Shown here piece by piece: positions 31,495 to 41,089 of a stretch of 64,000 nt of DNA. The stretch comes from Microgenomates group bacterium GW2011_GWF2_46_18. Its GTDB lineage: Bacteria; Patescibacteriota; Microgenomatia; UBA1400; UBA12108. The first letter of the stretch is position 1. The number at the start of each line of letters is the position of its first letter. The notes below the pieces were generated by a model, which was not told the origin of the DNA, did no database searches, and saw only the letters and a program-made list of their open reading frames with translations. The position numbers and the translations under genes are program-made. The stretch lies in the NCBI GenBank assembly GCA_001002415.1, contig LCMB01000001.1, forward strand, positions 33,999 to 97,998, read 5' to 3'.

Positions 31495-32415
31495 TCAATA
31501 TAAGTAGGTTTGAATGTTTTGGGTGTGTTCGGCGTTGGTTTTGGCATAGCGGATCACCCCTTCCCGGTCGTGAAGATAGAACCAGTAGGGAGAATCTTCG
31601 GGGGAAGCGGCGGCTTTAAGACTGGCGAGACCAGGGTTACAAATGGGGGAAGGGGGAAGACCTGGGTGAAGATAGGTATTGTAGCGAGAGGGAAGCTGGC
31701 GATCACTAAGCGAGGTTTGGGGCCACCAATCACGGGCTGAACCTTTGATGTATTGGACTGTAGCATCTAATTCGAGAGGCCAATCGTTGGCAAGCCGCTT
31801 GTGGAGAATGCCGGAGACCAGGGGTTTTTCGGCGTCTCCCTTGGTCTCGCGTTCAATCAGAGAGGCCAGAATGAGAGTAGAAGAATCGACTGAGCCAGCT
31901 TTCTGGAGGAAATTGTCGTGCATTAATTTGACCAATTCGGGGGCGGTTATCCCCTCTTTGAGGAAATAGGTGTCCGGAAAAAGCTGACCTTCCAATCCCT
32001 TGGCGGCCGCCAAAAAATCTGGAAGAGGAAGTCCCGCGGCAAGTGCAATTTGTTCGGCGCGATATCCTTCGGGAATGGTTAACTTGGTAGACTTGGCAAG
32101 ACCCCGGGTGAGAGAGTGGGCAATGTCACTAACTGATTGGTGGGGAGAAAGTTGATAATAACCAGCTTGAAGGGTAAGACTTTTTATACGAACGAAGAGC
32201 CGAAAATAAAGCGGGGAGCGAATGAGACGGTTACTATGCAAGTTTTTGGCAATAGATTGGGCGCTTTGGCCGGTCTGGACAATGAATTCCTGAGAGGAGG
32301 CCTGGCGAGAGACCGGCAGGGTGAGAAAATATAGATAGAGACCAGCGCCGACAAGAGCGAGAACACTAAACCTCGCTAAAAAGGGCACGGCGGTATTTTT
32401 TCGTGTTTTCGTCAT
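31495..32415 (-). CDS. mltG: Endolytic transglycosylase MltG (YceG family)
   Basis: N-terminal TM, TIPEG, EG.LFPDTY, LASLIERE, YNTY...GLPP.PI.NPG. Confidence 0.95.
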   Translation of the reverse strand: MTKTRKNTAVPFLARFSVLALVGAGLYLYFLTLPVSRQASSQEFIVQTGQSAQSIAKNLHSNRLIRSPLYFRLFVRIKSLTLQAGYYQLSPHQSVSDIAHSLTRGLAKSTKLTIPEGYRAEQIALAAGLPLPDFLAAAKGLEGQLFPDTYFLKEGITAPELVKLMHDNFLQKAGSVDSSTLILASLIERETKGDAEKPLVSGILHKRLANDWPLELDATVQYIKGSARDWWPQTSLSDRQLPSRYNTYLHPGLPPSPICNPGLASLKAAASPEDSPYWFYLHDREGVIRYAKTNAEHTQNIQTYLY

Positions 32416-32563
32416 AAATAAAGATCCGTCCGCACTTACAGGTTACTTTGGTATATTTTCCTTGCTGGGTCTTTTTCCCCTTGGAAAGAGGCATACCACA
32501 GCCAACACACTGACCCAGGGAAAGTAACCAAGCCTGAACGGGAGCAATCAAAGTTTTGAACAT
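32366..32563 (-). CDS. Small Zn-ribbon protein
   Basis: 65 aa, CVGC...CKC, AAGGAG SD. Confidence 0.75.
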   Translation of the reverse strand: MFKTLIAPVQAWLLSLGQCVGCGMPLSKGKKTQQGKYTKVTCKCGRIFIYDENTKKYRRALFSEV

Positions 32564-32603
32564 AAATCTCCTTTACATTAAGTAATATAGCTAACTGACT
32601 AGA

Positions 32604-32990
32604 CTAGGTTAGTTTAACAGATTCAAGGTAATCTTCCAAAATGAGGGCGGCGGCATAAGAGTGGTCATGCCGACGTTTGTGGGCGGAGACACCTGGATGG
32701 CGGAGCTTCTGCTGAGCTTCGTAGGAACTAAGGGTTTCGTCATGGAGGGTGACTGGTAAGGCAAGATGTTGTTGAAGGAGAAGGGCAAATTGGCGGACAG
32801 CGGGTTCGAGCGGTCCGGTGGGTAAGCCAACAATAACCTGAGTCACTTGGTGTTGAGAGCAGAGGGAGTGAAGGCGAGAGAGGAGCTTTGAATCATTGGG
32901 GAGAAAGGGAAGAGGGGTGGCAAGGGTGTGCTCGGCCAAAGCGAGACCGAGATGAGCCAAGCCGTAATCAATACCAAGATATTGGGTCAT
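32604..32990 (-). CDS. ruvX: YqgF/RuvX family nuclease
   Basis: LGIDYG, IVGLP, DETLSS, AAALILE; ATGA overlap with the sortase stop. Confidence 0.92.
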   Translation of the reverse strand: MTQYLGIDYGLAHLGLALAEHTLATPLPFLPNDSKLLSRLHSLCSQHQVTQVIVGLPTGPLEPAVRQFALLLQQHLALPVTLHDETLSSYEAQQKLRHPGVSAHKRRHDHSYAAALILEDYLESVKLT

Positions 32991-33691
32991 AAGAGGACAG
33001 CTTTCACAATAAGCCGGCGGAGATAGGTGCCGGGAGGAGTACAAGTAATGAGAGTTAGAACGCGATTATTATAGCTTTGGGCGAGCGGGGAGAGGTCATC
33101 GGGAGTAGTTTCGTAGATATCTTTGATTTGGTAAGTGTAGGTAGCTGGACCAAAGACGATTTCGATTTCGTCGCCAGGCTCAAGAAGGTGGAGGGTAGAA
33201 AAAATCGTGAGATAGTTTTTTGGATTAAAAAACTGAGGCAAGACGGAATGACCAAAAATGACACCGTTACCTAAATCCCCCGGGAAAGCGGTGCCGGGAT
33301 AGTGAATAAGCGATTCTTTCAGATCGGTGTGATCGTTTCTGACAACGGCAGAATAAATGTTGAGCCGGGGAATAGAGAGGGTGTAACTGATTTGGGAAGA
33401 ATTATTGGGGTGGGTAGCGGGAGAAAACCAGGCATCGGAGTTGGTGTAGTCTAGAGCTGTATTGACCATTTCGGGTAAGACGGTCGTGGTGTCATTGGAA
33501 TTGGCAGCAGCAGCGGTGGAAAACCGAGGAGCAAAGGTTAGCTGATAAACAAGCATGGGGTAAGCCACTGAGGTAAAAGCGGTCACTCCGAGAGTTAAAA
33601 GGAGGCTGGAAAAAAGGAGACGAAAATTAAGGGCGCGAGGGCGACGACGCAAGGTATAGCCAGGGGGAGCTTTGATATAACGGTATGACAT
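32987..33691 (-). CDS. Sortase
   Basis: N-terminal TM, IFGHS (His), TLITC (Cys), RR (Arg) triad. Confidence 0.92.
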   Translation of the reverse strand: MSYRYIKAPPGYTLRRRPRALNFRLLFSSLLLTLGVTAFTSVAYPMLVYQLTFAPRFSTAAAANSNDTTTVLPEMVNTALDYTNSDAWFSPATHPNNSSQISYTLSIPRLNIYSAVVRNDHTDLKESLIHYPGTAFPGDLGNGVIFGHSVLPQFFNPKNYLTIFSTLHLLEPGDEIEIVFGPATYTYQIKDIYETTPDDLSPLAQSYNNRVLTLITCTPPGTYLRRLIVKAVLL

Positions 33692-33692
33692 A

Positions 33693-35906
33693 CTAGTTGG
33701 CGGCGGGAGTGATTAGGAGCTCGATGTGTTTGGGATTGCGCGGCAGGAGTTTGAGACGCGGAGGGAGAAAATGGGGAGTGACAGTAATTTGGGCATCGGC
33801 ATAACCAGGCAAGGTTTGGAGGATGGAGATTGATTGGGCGAGGGATTTACCACGAAGACTATTAATCAGACTGGCTTGATCAAGGGTGGGAAGAAGAAGA
33901 ACGGTGATTTTGGCGGTAGCACTGACCTCACCATCTTTGGTTTCGGTAACGTCAGTTAAGGAAATACTGGGAGAAGAGTCAAGACGAGAATAACCAGGAG
34001 GGATGGCTTCGGAGAGACGAGAACTGATTAGATTTTCAACATCACTATTAGCGTAACGCAAAATTGATAACTCGAGTTCTAAGGTCCCGGTTAAAGAGTT
34101 AGCGACTTCCCCTATTTTGGCGGAAAAATCACTCTGTACTGTTTTGGGTGAACTAGTTAAAACGTAATAACTAAAACCCGGTTCGCGACGGGATTCGAGA
34201 CTAGCACGAGCATCTTGGATAATAGTGTCAGTCAGAGTTTTGGTGAGTGAAGATGAATCTTCTTTGCCCACAACTTGAACGTCTTGACTGGTCCCGCCAG
34301 CAAGAGCTTGTTCGTTTTTGGCGATGTAGGTATCCTTGGAAAAGCTAGCCACAACAAATTCACTACCACTACCAAGGTTACCGGCAGTACCAAAAGTGGC
34401 GGCAGTAATTGCTGCGGAGGCTTTCCCAGGAATATCGACATAATCAGTCCCGGCCGATTTACTTGCAATGGTAGTATCTTGATCAAGAGTAAATTTGAGC
34501 GAGTTGCTAGTTAGCACGGTCCCTTTGGGGAAAGTCTTAACGAGAGTGGTGCGATTGTAAATGGTAACAGTGCCACGGGCGGGATCACCGATGGTAGAGT
34601 TTCCGGTCGTAGGAATGGTTTGAGTGGACGTTAAAGTTTCGGTACTGACGGTGGCGGGAATAAGAGAAGAAGCAGAATCAGGCGAAGTTATGGTAGAGGA
34701 GAGGGTGAGCGGGAGTGATTCTTCTAGGGGAGTAGGAGTCAAAAAGAGAGTAATTTTGGCTTGAGGTAAAAGATAGAAAAGGAATGTGAATAAACCCACA
34801 AGGACAAGGAGAATGAGACCACCAAGAATAAGGGGTAGGCGGGAAAAATGAACGCGAGGGAGAGAAAATTGGGGTAGTGAAAGGTGGGGTAATTGGAGAG
34901 TGGGAAGTTTCCGGGAAGGAGGTGGGGGCGGAGAAATGATGGGTTCAGAAGAGACGGGATCGGTATCTCCGAGAGAGAAACCAACATCGCTGGCGGTTAG
35001 AAGGGGGGTTGGAGCCACACCTTCGCTAGAGTCTTCGGCGGGCTCAGCCACGCCTTCTCCAGAAGCTTCGACGGGTGAAGAGGGAGAATCGATGGGTTCG
35101 GGGGAAACAGGAGATTCTTCGGAATTAAGGTCGGCAACGGTAGAGCCGATTGCTTGGGCAACGGCAGCTCCGCCGGCTAGAATTAAGCTACGAATGGCGG
35201 TATCGCGAGGAAGACTTTCTATTTTGGGAATGTGGAGAAAATTAAATTTTTTCTGCCAATCAAAAGTTAAAAGGGATTGCACGACATCGCTGGGGTTTTG
35301 CAGAGAGCTTTGGACAATAATACGAGAAGGAAGATGGTCTAGCTGGGGGAAATGGGAGATGCCACTGGCAACGTCCTCGACAATATCTTCGCTGCGAGAG
35401 ATTAGTTCGGTGGCTTCGATCCGGCCCAATTGAACAAGGAGAAGGGAAATGTGGCGCAAACCAACGTTGACTAAGATACAAGTGGTGGGAGTCCCCTCTT
35501 CTTTTTTGAGATAATGGAGAGTGCTGTCGGTTAAAACCACCAAACCAATTGCCTTGAGGGCGAGCTCTTTGCAGATGGCTTTGAGTAGATTGCGTTTACT
35601 ACCGAGGATACCTTGGGCATCTACCCAACTGGGTTCTACTCCAACCACCACTTCGTTGGGTTCGACAGAAAGGCCATCCAAAGCTGAACTGACGGTGGCA
35701 TCGGCGGCTGAAATAAGTTCGGTCGTGGTACCGGTTTCGCCGTTCCATTCAACGGGGGTACCGAGAGCGGTAATTTCGGGAGTGCCTTGAGTGATCTGCC
35801 AGACGGCGGATTGGACAAGTTCATCGGTAACAACCAGAGCGAGAAAAGTCTGAGGAATCTCCTCACCTTTGCCCTTTAATTTACCCAGAAGATCAGGGAT
35901 TGCCAT
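33693..35906 (-). CDS. Single-TM protein: N-terminal FtsA/PilM-like domain, acidic P/S linker, C-terminal baseplate-J-like domain
   Basis: 737 aa; TM near residues 358-380; ARG.V.IYN...GT.L and N..A..GG motifs resemble baseplate-J family; domain calls by recognition only. Confidence 0.6.
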   Translation of the reverse strand: MAIPDLLGKLKGKGEEIPQTFLALVVTDELVQSAVWQITQGTPEITALGTPVEWNGETGTTTELISAADATVSSALDGLSVEPNEVVVGVEPSWVDAQGILGSKRNLLKAICKELALKAIGLVVLTDSTLHYLKKEEGTPTTCILVNVGLRHISLLLVQLGRIEATELISRSEDIVEDVASGISHFPQLDHLPSRIIVQSSLQNPSDVVQSLLTFDWQKKFNFLHIPKIESLPRDTAIRSLILAGGAAVAQAIGSTVADLNSEESPVSPEPIDSPSSPVEASGEGVAEPAEDSSEGVAPTPLLTASDVGFSLGDTDPVSSEPIISPPPPPSRKLPTLQLPHLSLPQFSLPRVHFSRLPLILGGLILLVLVGLFTFLFYLLPQAKITLFLTPTPLEESLPLTLSSTITSPDSASSLIPATVSTETLTSTQTIPTTGNSTIGDPARGTVTIYNRTTLVKTFPKGTVLTSNSLKFTLDQDTTIASKSAGTDYVDIPGKASAAITAATFGTAGNLGSGSEFVVASFSKDTYIAKNEQALAGGTSQDVQVVGKEDSSSLTKTLTDTIIQDARASLESRREPGFSYYVLTSSPKTVQSDFSAKIGEVANSLTGTLELELSILRYANSDVENLISSRLSEAIPPGYSRLDSSPSISLTDVTETKDGEVSATAKITVLLLPTLDQASLINSLRGKSLAQSISILQTLPGYADAQITVTPHFLPPRLKLLPRNPKHIELLITPAAN

Positions 35907-35915
35907 ACCTTTAGC

Positions 35916-37694
35916 TTACACTATTTTGGCGTAGATGCGACGTTTGCCGGAACCCAAGGCTTCATCCTTGAGAATGGTGATGGGACCGATTGCCCCAGTA
36001 TGATCGACATGAGGACCACCACAAAGTTCTTTGGAGTAATCTCCGATAGTATAAACCGTAACTTGGGCGGGATATTTTTCGGCAAAAAAAGCTCGGGCGC
36101 CGGACTTGATGGCCTCCTCTTTGTTTTCGGTAGTTTTTATGACAGGAAGGTTGGCTTTGATTTTTGCGTTTATGATAGTTTCAATTTGCTTTAATTCAAC
36201 CTGGGTTGGCTTGCCGTTATAGGTGTAATCAAAACGTAATCGCTCGACAGTAATGTTACTTCCGGCCTGAGTAACTTCCTTTCCCAACACTTCGATTAAA
36301 GCTTGGTGAAGAAGATGGGTGGCAGTGTGATATTTGGTAGTGGTCTCACTATGATCGGCCAAGCCTCCCTTGAACATCCCAGCGCTCGCGGTACGACTTC
36401 CCTCTTTGTGTTTGGCAAAAATCTGGTCAAACTCGCTTTGGTTGAGAACAATATTTTTTTCGGCTAACAAATCGCGGGTGATTTCAAAGGGGAAACCTAA
36501 GCTTTGATAGAGATTAAAGGCAAATTGAGCGTCAATTAGCTTGGGATCGGTACGCTCGATATCTTTGAGGCCTTTATCAAGGGCTTTGCCAAATTTGTCG
36601 AGCTCAGTGTTGATGATTTCCTTGACGCGGGGGAGAACAGTTGAGTCAATGAAGCCGGCTTCGGCATATTGGTTGACAATAGTTGGTGTACATTCAGTAA
36701 AGATTTTCTTGGCGTCTAAACCAAGGCGGCGAGCGCGAACAGCACTGCGACGAAGAAGCCGGCGGAGAACGTATCCCTGGAGTTTGTTACTGGGTTCCAG
36801 TCCCTGAGCAATCATAAAGACCGAAGCGCGGAGGTGATCAGCGATCACACGCATGGGAGACATAAAATCTCCTTGATATGATTTCCCAGATGAATCTTCA
36901 ATCATTTTAATAATTGGGGTGAACATATCGGTGGCGAAAACGTCGGGATTATTTTGAGAAGCTGCCGTAATACGTTCAAGACCACCACCAAAATCTACGT
37001 TTTGGGCTGGGAGAGGTTTTAGGCCATCGGCAACTTTTTCGTAGGCCATAAAAACCGAGTTGCCAATTTCTAGAAATTTTCCACAGTCACAGTTGGGGTG
37101 ACATACATCACCAAATTTTGGGTCGTGCTTAATATTGGTGAATTCATAAAAAATCTCACTAGTTGGACCACCAATCTCCCCTACTGGCATTTGATCGGGA
37201 GTACCGGCGCGGCTCCACCAATTTTTCTTTCCTGGATAATAAAAAATATGATTATCTAAAACTCCAAGGCTTCGCCAAATATCATATGACTCCAAGTCTT
37301 TGGCAATAAATTCATTGCCTTCGAAAAGGGTCACATATAATTTATCGGTAGGTAATTGTATTTCTTTGGTGAAAAACTCCCAGATCCATGACAGTTGCTC
37401 ATATTTAAAATAATCGCCGAGACTCCAGTTACCCAACATTTCGAACATACAGGTGTGACGATTGTTCCCGACTTCTTCAATGTCGTCGGTGCGAAAGCTG
37501 GGCTGAGAATTGACAAGCCTTTTCCCCATCGGATGAGGTTCGCCCTTGAGATAGGGAACTAGTTGTTGCATGCCGGAACTGGTAAAAAGAGTGGTCGGGT
37601 CACCCGCGGGTATTAGGGGGGCGGCCGGAACAAGGGCGTGAGTGTGCGCGGCGAAAAAATCAAGATACTTCTTGCGGATATCACTACTTTGCAT
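35916..37694 (-). CDS. alaS: Alanyl-tRNA synthetase, short form
   Basis: TLFTSSGM, FEMLGNWS.GDYFK, D.G.GLER, HTATH and ELCGGPHV editing site. Confidence 0.97.
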   Translation of the reverse strand: MQSSDIRKKYLDFFAAHTHALVPAAPLIPAGDPTTLFTSSGMQQLVPYLKGEPHPMGKRLVNSQPSFRTDDIEEVGNNRHTCMFEMLGNWSLGDYFKYEQLSWIWEFFTKEIQLPTDKLYVTLFEGNEFIAKDLESYDIWRSLGVLDNHIFYYPGKKNWWSRAGTPDQMPVGEIGGPTSEIFYEFTNIKHDPKFGDVCHPNCDCGKFLEIGNSVFMAYEKVADGLKPLPAQNVDFGGGLERITAASQNNPDVFATDMFTPIIKMIEDSSGKSYQGDFMSPMRVIADHLRASVFMIAQGLEPSNKLQGYVLRRLLRRSAVRARRLGLDAKKIFTECTPTIVNQYAEAGFIDSTVLPRVKEIINTELDKFGKALDKGLKDIERTDPKLIDAQFAFNLYQSLGFPFEITRDLLAEKNIVLNQSEFDQIFAKHKEGSRTASAGMFKGGLADHSETTTKYHTATHLLHQALIEVLGKEVTQAGSNITVERLRFDYTYNGKPTQVELKQIETIINAKIKANLPVIKTTENKEEAIKSGARAFFAEKYPAQVTVYTIGDYSKELCGGPHVDHTGAIGPITILKDEALGSGKRRIYAKIV

Positions 37695-37709
37695 GAGACG
37701 AATTATAAA

Positions 37710-38045
37710 CTATTTCTTGAGGGAGAGACCATGGCGTTGAAAGAAGGTTTTTTTGGAAGTGGTTTCTACTGAGGTGGCATCAGCCACGCGTTCGGCAGCA
37801 GAGTTAACGGTTGAACGAGCCTGGTCAATGGTAGATTGCAGATCGGCGATTTTCTCGGCGAGGGCGGGATTGTCTTTGATTGACTCAACAGCATCCTTGG
37901 CTTGATCTTTGAGGTTGGCAAGCATTTTCTTGCCTTGTTCGGTATTTTCTAGGTAGTAGGAGCCAGCAGCTCCAAGAACTAGCCCCAGCGCTAGGCCGGA
38001 GAGAAAACCGGAATGATCAGAGGGAGGAGAGTTGTAGTCAGACAT
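37710..38045 (-). CDS. YtxH-like protein
   Basis: FL.GL.LG..LGA TM followed by G.......K coiled coil. Confidence 0.7.
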   Translation of the reverse strand: MSDYNSPPSDHSGFLSGLALGLVLGAAGSYYLENTEQGKKMLANLKDQAKDAVESIKDNPALAEKIADLQSTIDQARSTVNSAAERVADATSVETTSKKTFFQRHGLSLKK

Positions 38046-38048
38046 AGA

Positions 38049-38315
38049 TTATTTTTTGACTTTGGGAGCTATTAATTTGGTGACCATACCCACAAGCTGT
38101 AAGCCTGATTCGAGACTGGTAATAGCATGGGAGAGAGCGCTTCCCCCGCGAGTTAAACTGCGAGTTAAGAAACTAACATCATCGAGAATGAGATCGGTTT
38201 TTTTCAGGGTTTCTTTCGCGTCCTTGAGGATTCCAATGAGCTGGATCCCGATTACGATCAAGATCACACTAATAGTGAGAATAACTACCAAAAGAATAAT
38301 TTGGGGCAGGTCCAT
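38049..38315 (-). CDS. DUF948/YtxG-like membrane protein
   Basis: N-terminal TM plus coiled coil, adjacent to YtxH-like gene. Confidence 0.6.
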   Translation of the reverse strand: MDLPQIILLVVILTISVILIVIGIQLIGILKDAKETLKKTDLILDDVSFLTRSLTRGGSALSHAITSLESGLQLVGMVTKLIAPKVKK

Positions 38316-38332
38316 AGTTAGATGGTATCACG

Positions 38333-38959
38333 TTACTTGGAAACCGTGAAGGTGCGCTCGAGGAGACGAGTTTTGCCTTCGCGACTTTGGGCTTGGATCA
38401 ATACTCGGTGGGTACCGGCGGGAAAAAGTAAGTCAAGACTAAACTCGCCGTTTTGGCCAACAATAACTTTTTGATCGTTAATAATGACGGTGGCATCGGG
38501 AGCAGTCAGACCTTTAACGGTAATTTTCTCACCGTAAGTCTCGCCATCCTGAGGCTCTAGGACGTTGAGTTTGGGGAGACTCCACCAAGAAAACAGTTGG
38601 AAACCCAAAAAGGTCAGAAAAACCACAATACAAGTGATGAGTAAAATAAGATTGATGGGAAGAGGGGGATGGCGATCCAGAACTGGTTTGACTAAACCAC
38701 TAGGAATAATTTCGCCAGTGTGGCTTTCGGAAAAATCACGACGGAACATGGCGAGAATAGTTTCAGGATTGAGATGAAGAACTTTGGCATAACTACTGAG
38801 GAAACCCTTGGTAAAGGTACCGGAGGGAAGTAACGAAAAATCGGAGTTTTCGAGAGCCTGAAGGTATGATTCTTTGACCTTAATTTTTTGGGCAATGTCA
38901 GCAAGAGAGAGCTCGAGGAGGAGACGTTTGTCGCGAAGTAATTGACCGGCGGTTTTCAT
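38333..38959 (-). CDS. RodZ-like HTH membrane protein with C-terminal Ig-like domain
   Basis: G..L...R, YL.ALE..F..LP...F.KGF...YA..L HTH; one TM; beta-rich tail. Confidence 0.8.
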   Translation of the reverse strand: MKTAGQLLRDKRLLLELSLADIAQKIKVKESYLQALENSDFSLLPSGTFTKGFLSSYAKVLHLNPETILAMFRRDFSESHTGEIIPSGLVKPVLDRHPPLPINLILLITCIVVFLTFLGFQLFSWWSLPKLNVLEPQDGETYGEKITVKGLTAPDATVIINDQKVIVGQNGEFSLDLLFPAGTHRVLIQAQSREGKTRLLERTFTVSK

Positions 38960-38960
38960 A

Positions 38961-41084
38961 TTATGGTTGGGGAGTCGATTCGCGGGCTTTGAGTTCGGCG
39001 AGACTGGTAATTAAAACCGATCGGGGTTTGACCCCTTCGGCTTGGCCGACAACACCAGCTTTTTCGAGTTGATCCATAATCCGGGCAGCTTTGTTATATC
39101 CAAGAGACATTTTGCGTTGCAAATAGCTGGTACTAGCTTTGCCGGCGGCAATGACCACATTGACTGCATCATCGAATTCGGCATCGCGTTCGTCACCAGA
39201 ACCACCGGCAACGGTTTCTTCGCCCTTGAGATACTTTTCGGTGACATCGGTTTCATATTGAACCGGTTTTTGAGTAGTGGCTTTTAGATATTCGATTAAA
39301 CCTTTGATCTCGGTGTTGGTCACAAAAGTTCCCTGAATCCGGGTAGGCAAAGGCCGATCGGGTGGGACATAGAGCATATCTCCCCTACCCAAAAGTTTTT
39401 CGGCTCCCGGTTGATCAATAATAACCCGAGAGTCGATCATGCTCGTGACGTTAAAGGCAATCCGGGTGGGAATATTGGCTTTGATCAGACCGGTAATGAC
39501 GTTAACGGATGGGCGTTGGGTAGCAATAACTAGGTGGAGTCCGGTAGCCCGGGCCATTTGAGCCAGGCGAACAATGAGATCTTCCACTTTGGTGGGAGCG
39601 GTCAACATAATATCGGCGAGTTCGTCGATGACGATGACAATATATTCCATGGCAGTAAAGCCGGAGGCTTCGTTATACTCTTCGATATTTCTGACCCCTA
39701 CTTCGGCAAATATTTTGTAGCGTTTATCCATTTCTTTGGTAGCCCAATTGAGAGCGGAAATAACCCGTTCGGCATCAACAATGACAGGGGTAAGCAAGTG
39801 AGGAATGCCGTTATAACCGGTCAATTCGACTCGTTTGGGATCTACCATGATAAAGCGGAGTTCTTGGGGAGAGTTGCGAAAAAGAAGAGTGGTAATAATG
39901 GTGTTGATACAGACAGATTTACCAGAACCAGTCGAGCCGGCAACCAGAATATGCGGCATTTTTTTGATATCAGCAATGGCCGGAGTACCAGAAACTCCCA
40001 ATCCCAGACCCACAGCCAGACGGGATTTTTCTTTTTTCATATCTGGGTGATGCATGATTTCGGCTAAAGTCACATATTCGGGGGAGCGATTGGGGATTTC
40101 GATCCCAACTAGATTGCGACCGGGGATCGGAGCTTCAATCCGGATTTGACCGGTCGGGGCAGCTAGAGCAAGCGCCAGATCAGTTTGGAGAGCTTTGACT
40201 TTGCTGAGTTTGGTACCTTCGGCGATTTTGATCGCGTATTGAGTAATGGCTGGTCCACCATTCACCTCAATGACTTTAGCCCGAATATTAAAGGATTCAA
40301 GAGTGGATTCGATAATATCAGCGTTTTCTTGAACATTACCACGATCAGCCTTGGTACCTTTCTCACCGGAGAGAAGGGAAAGCGGGGGGTATTTCCAGAT
40401 TTCGGGAGTTCCTTCTTTGGCGGGAGAGAGGGAAGAGGCAAATTCAAGATCGGGGGGAGCTTCTTTGGTGGGAGCTGAAGAAGCGGATTCAGATGATTTG
40501 GCGGGTTTGTTTGATTCGGGTAAGTTAATTTTGGTGGTCATGTTTTTATCAAAGGAGGTTTGTTTGACAGCTGATTTTCGGGAGAAGAGTGCTGATACTC
40601 CCCGGCCAACTAAACGGAAAAAACCAGCAATGACGAGAAAGAAGTCCTCGATCGGGGTATTGGTCAGAACAATAAGACCGATCGTCATGATGGCAAAAAA
40701 GATAATGCTGGCGCCGACAGAAGTAAAAAGAGCGGAGAGGGCTTCATTTGCTTGAGTACCCAGCTCCCCAGCACCAGTTAAACCGAGGGTACCAAGAAAG
40801 AGTAAGGTGCCTCCCAAAAGGAGACTGGGGCTGGCAATCGCCCACTTAAGAGTGGTCATCATAAGTCCGACTGATAAGAGGAGGAAAGGCAAGATGAGCA
40901 TGGTCCAGCCAAAGGCGGTGTAAACGACTAAATAAACTTGGGTCAAGAGTGGACCAGAACGGGTAAAACTCAACATAATGAGGATAGAGAGAAGAATAAA
41001 AAGAATCGAGACAATAGAGTAAACAATTTCCTTGCGGAGCTTGAGTTTGAAGGGTTTCTTGCGGCGGCCACGGCGATGCGACAT
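38961..41084 (-). CDS. ftsK: DNA translocase FtsK/SpoIIIE
   Basis: N-terminal TMs, PHILVAGSTGSGKS, IDELAD, ATQRPS, gamma domain GYNKAAR. Confidence 0.98.
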   Translation of the reverse strand: MSHRRGRRKKPFKLKLRKEIVYSIVSILFILLSILIMLSFTRSGPLLTQVYLVVYTAFGWTMLILPFLLLSVGLMMTTLKWAIASPSLLLGGTLLFLGTLGLTGAGELGTQANEALSALFTSVGASIIFFAIMTIGLIVLTNTPIEDFFLVIAGFFRLVGRGVSALFSRKSAVKQTSFDKNMTTKINLPESNKPAKSSESASSAPTKEAPPDLEFASSLSPAKEGTPEIWKYPPLSLLSGEKGTKADRGNVQENADIIESTLESFNIRAKVIEVNGGPAITQYAIKIAEGTKLSKVKALQTDLALALAAPTGQIRIEAPIPGRNLVGIEIPNRSPEYVTLAEIMHHPDMKKEKSRLAVGLGLGVSGTPAIADIKKMPHILVAGSTGSGKSVCINTIITTLLFRNSPQELRFIMVDPKRVELTGYNGIPHLLTPVIVDAERVISALNWATKEMDKRYKIFAEVGVRNIEEYNEASGFTAMEYIVIVIDELADIMLTAPTKVEDLIVRLAQMARATGLHLVIATQRPSVNVITGLIKANIPTRIAFNVTSMIDSRVIIDQPGAEKLLGRGDMLYVPPDRPLPTRIQGTFVTNTEIKGLIEYLKATTQKPVQYETDVTEKYLKGEETVAGGSGDERDAEFDDAVNVVIAAGKASTSYLQRKMSLGYNKAARIMDQLEKAGVVGQAEGVKPRSVLITSLAELKARESTPQP

Positions 41085-41089
41085 ATGAA

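Noticed and set aside
33693..35906. Prophage or contractile injection system suggested by the baseplate-J-like domain
   Set aside because: No sheath, tube, capsid, terminase or integrase genes; the gene has a TM helix and sits in a housekeeping operon
36880..37440. Possible foreign AT-rich patch within alaS
   Set aside because: Spot GC counts were similar to another part of the same gene
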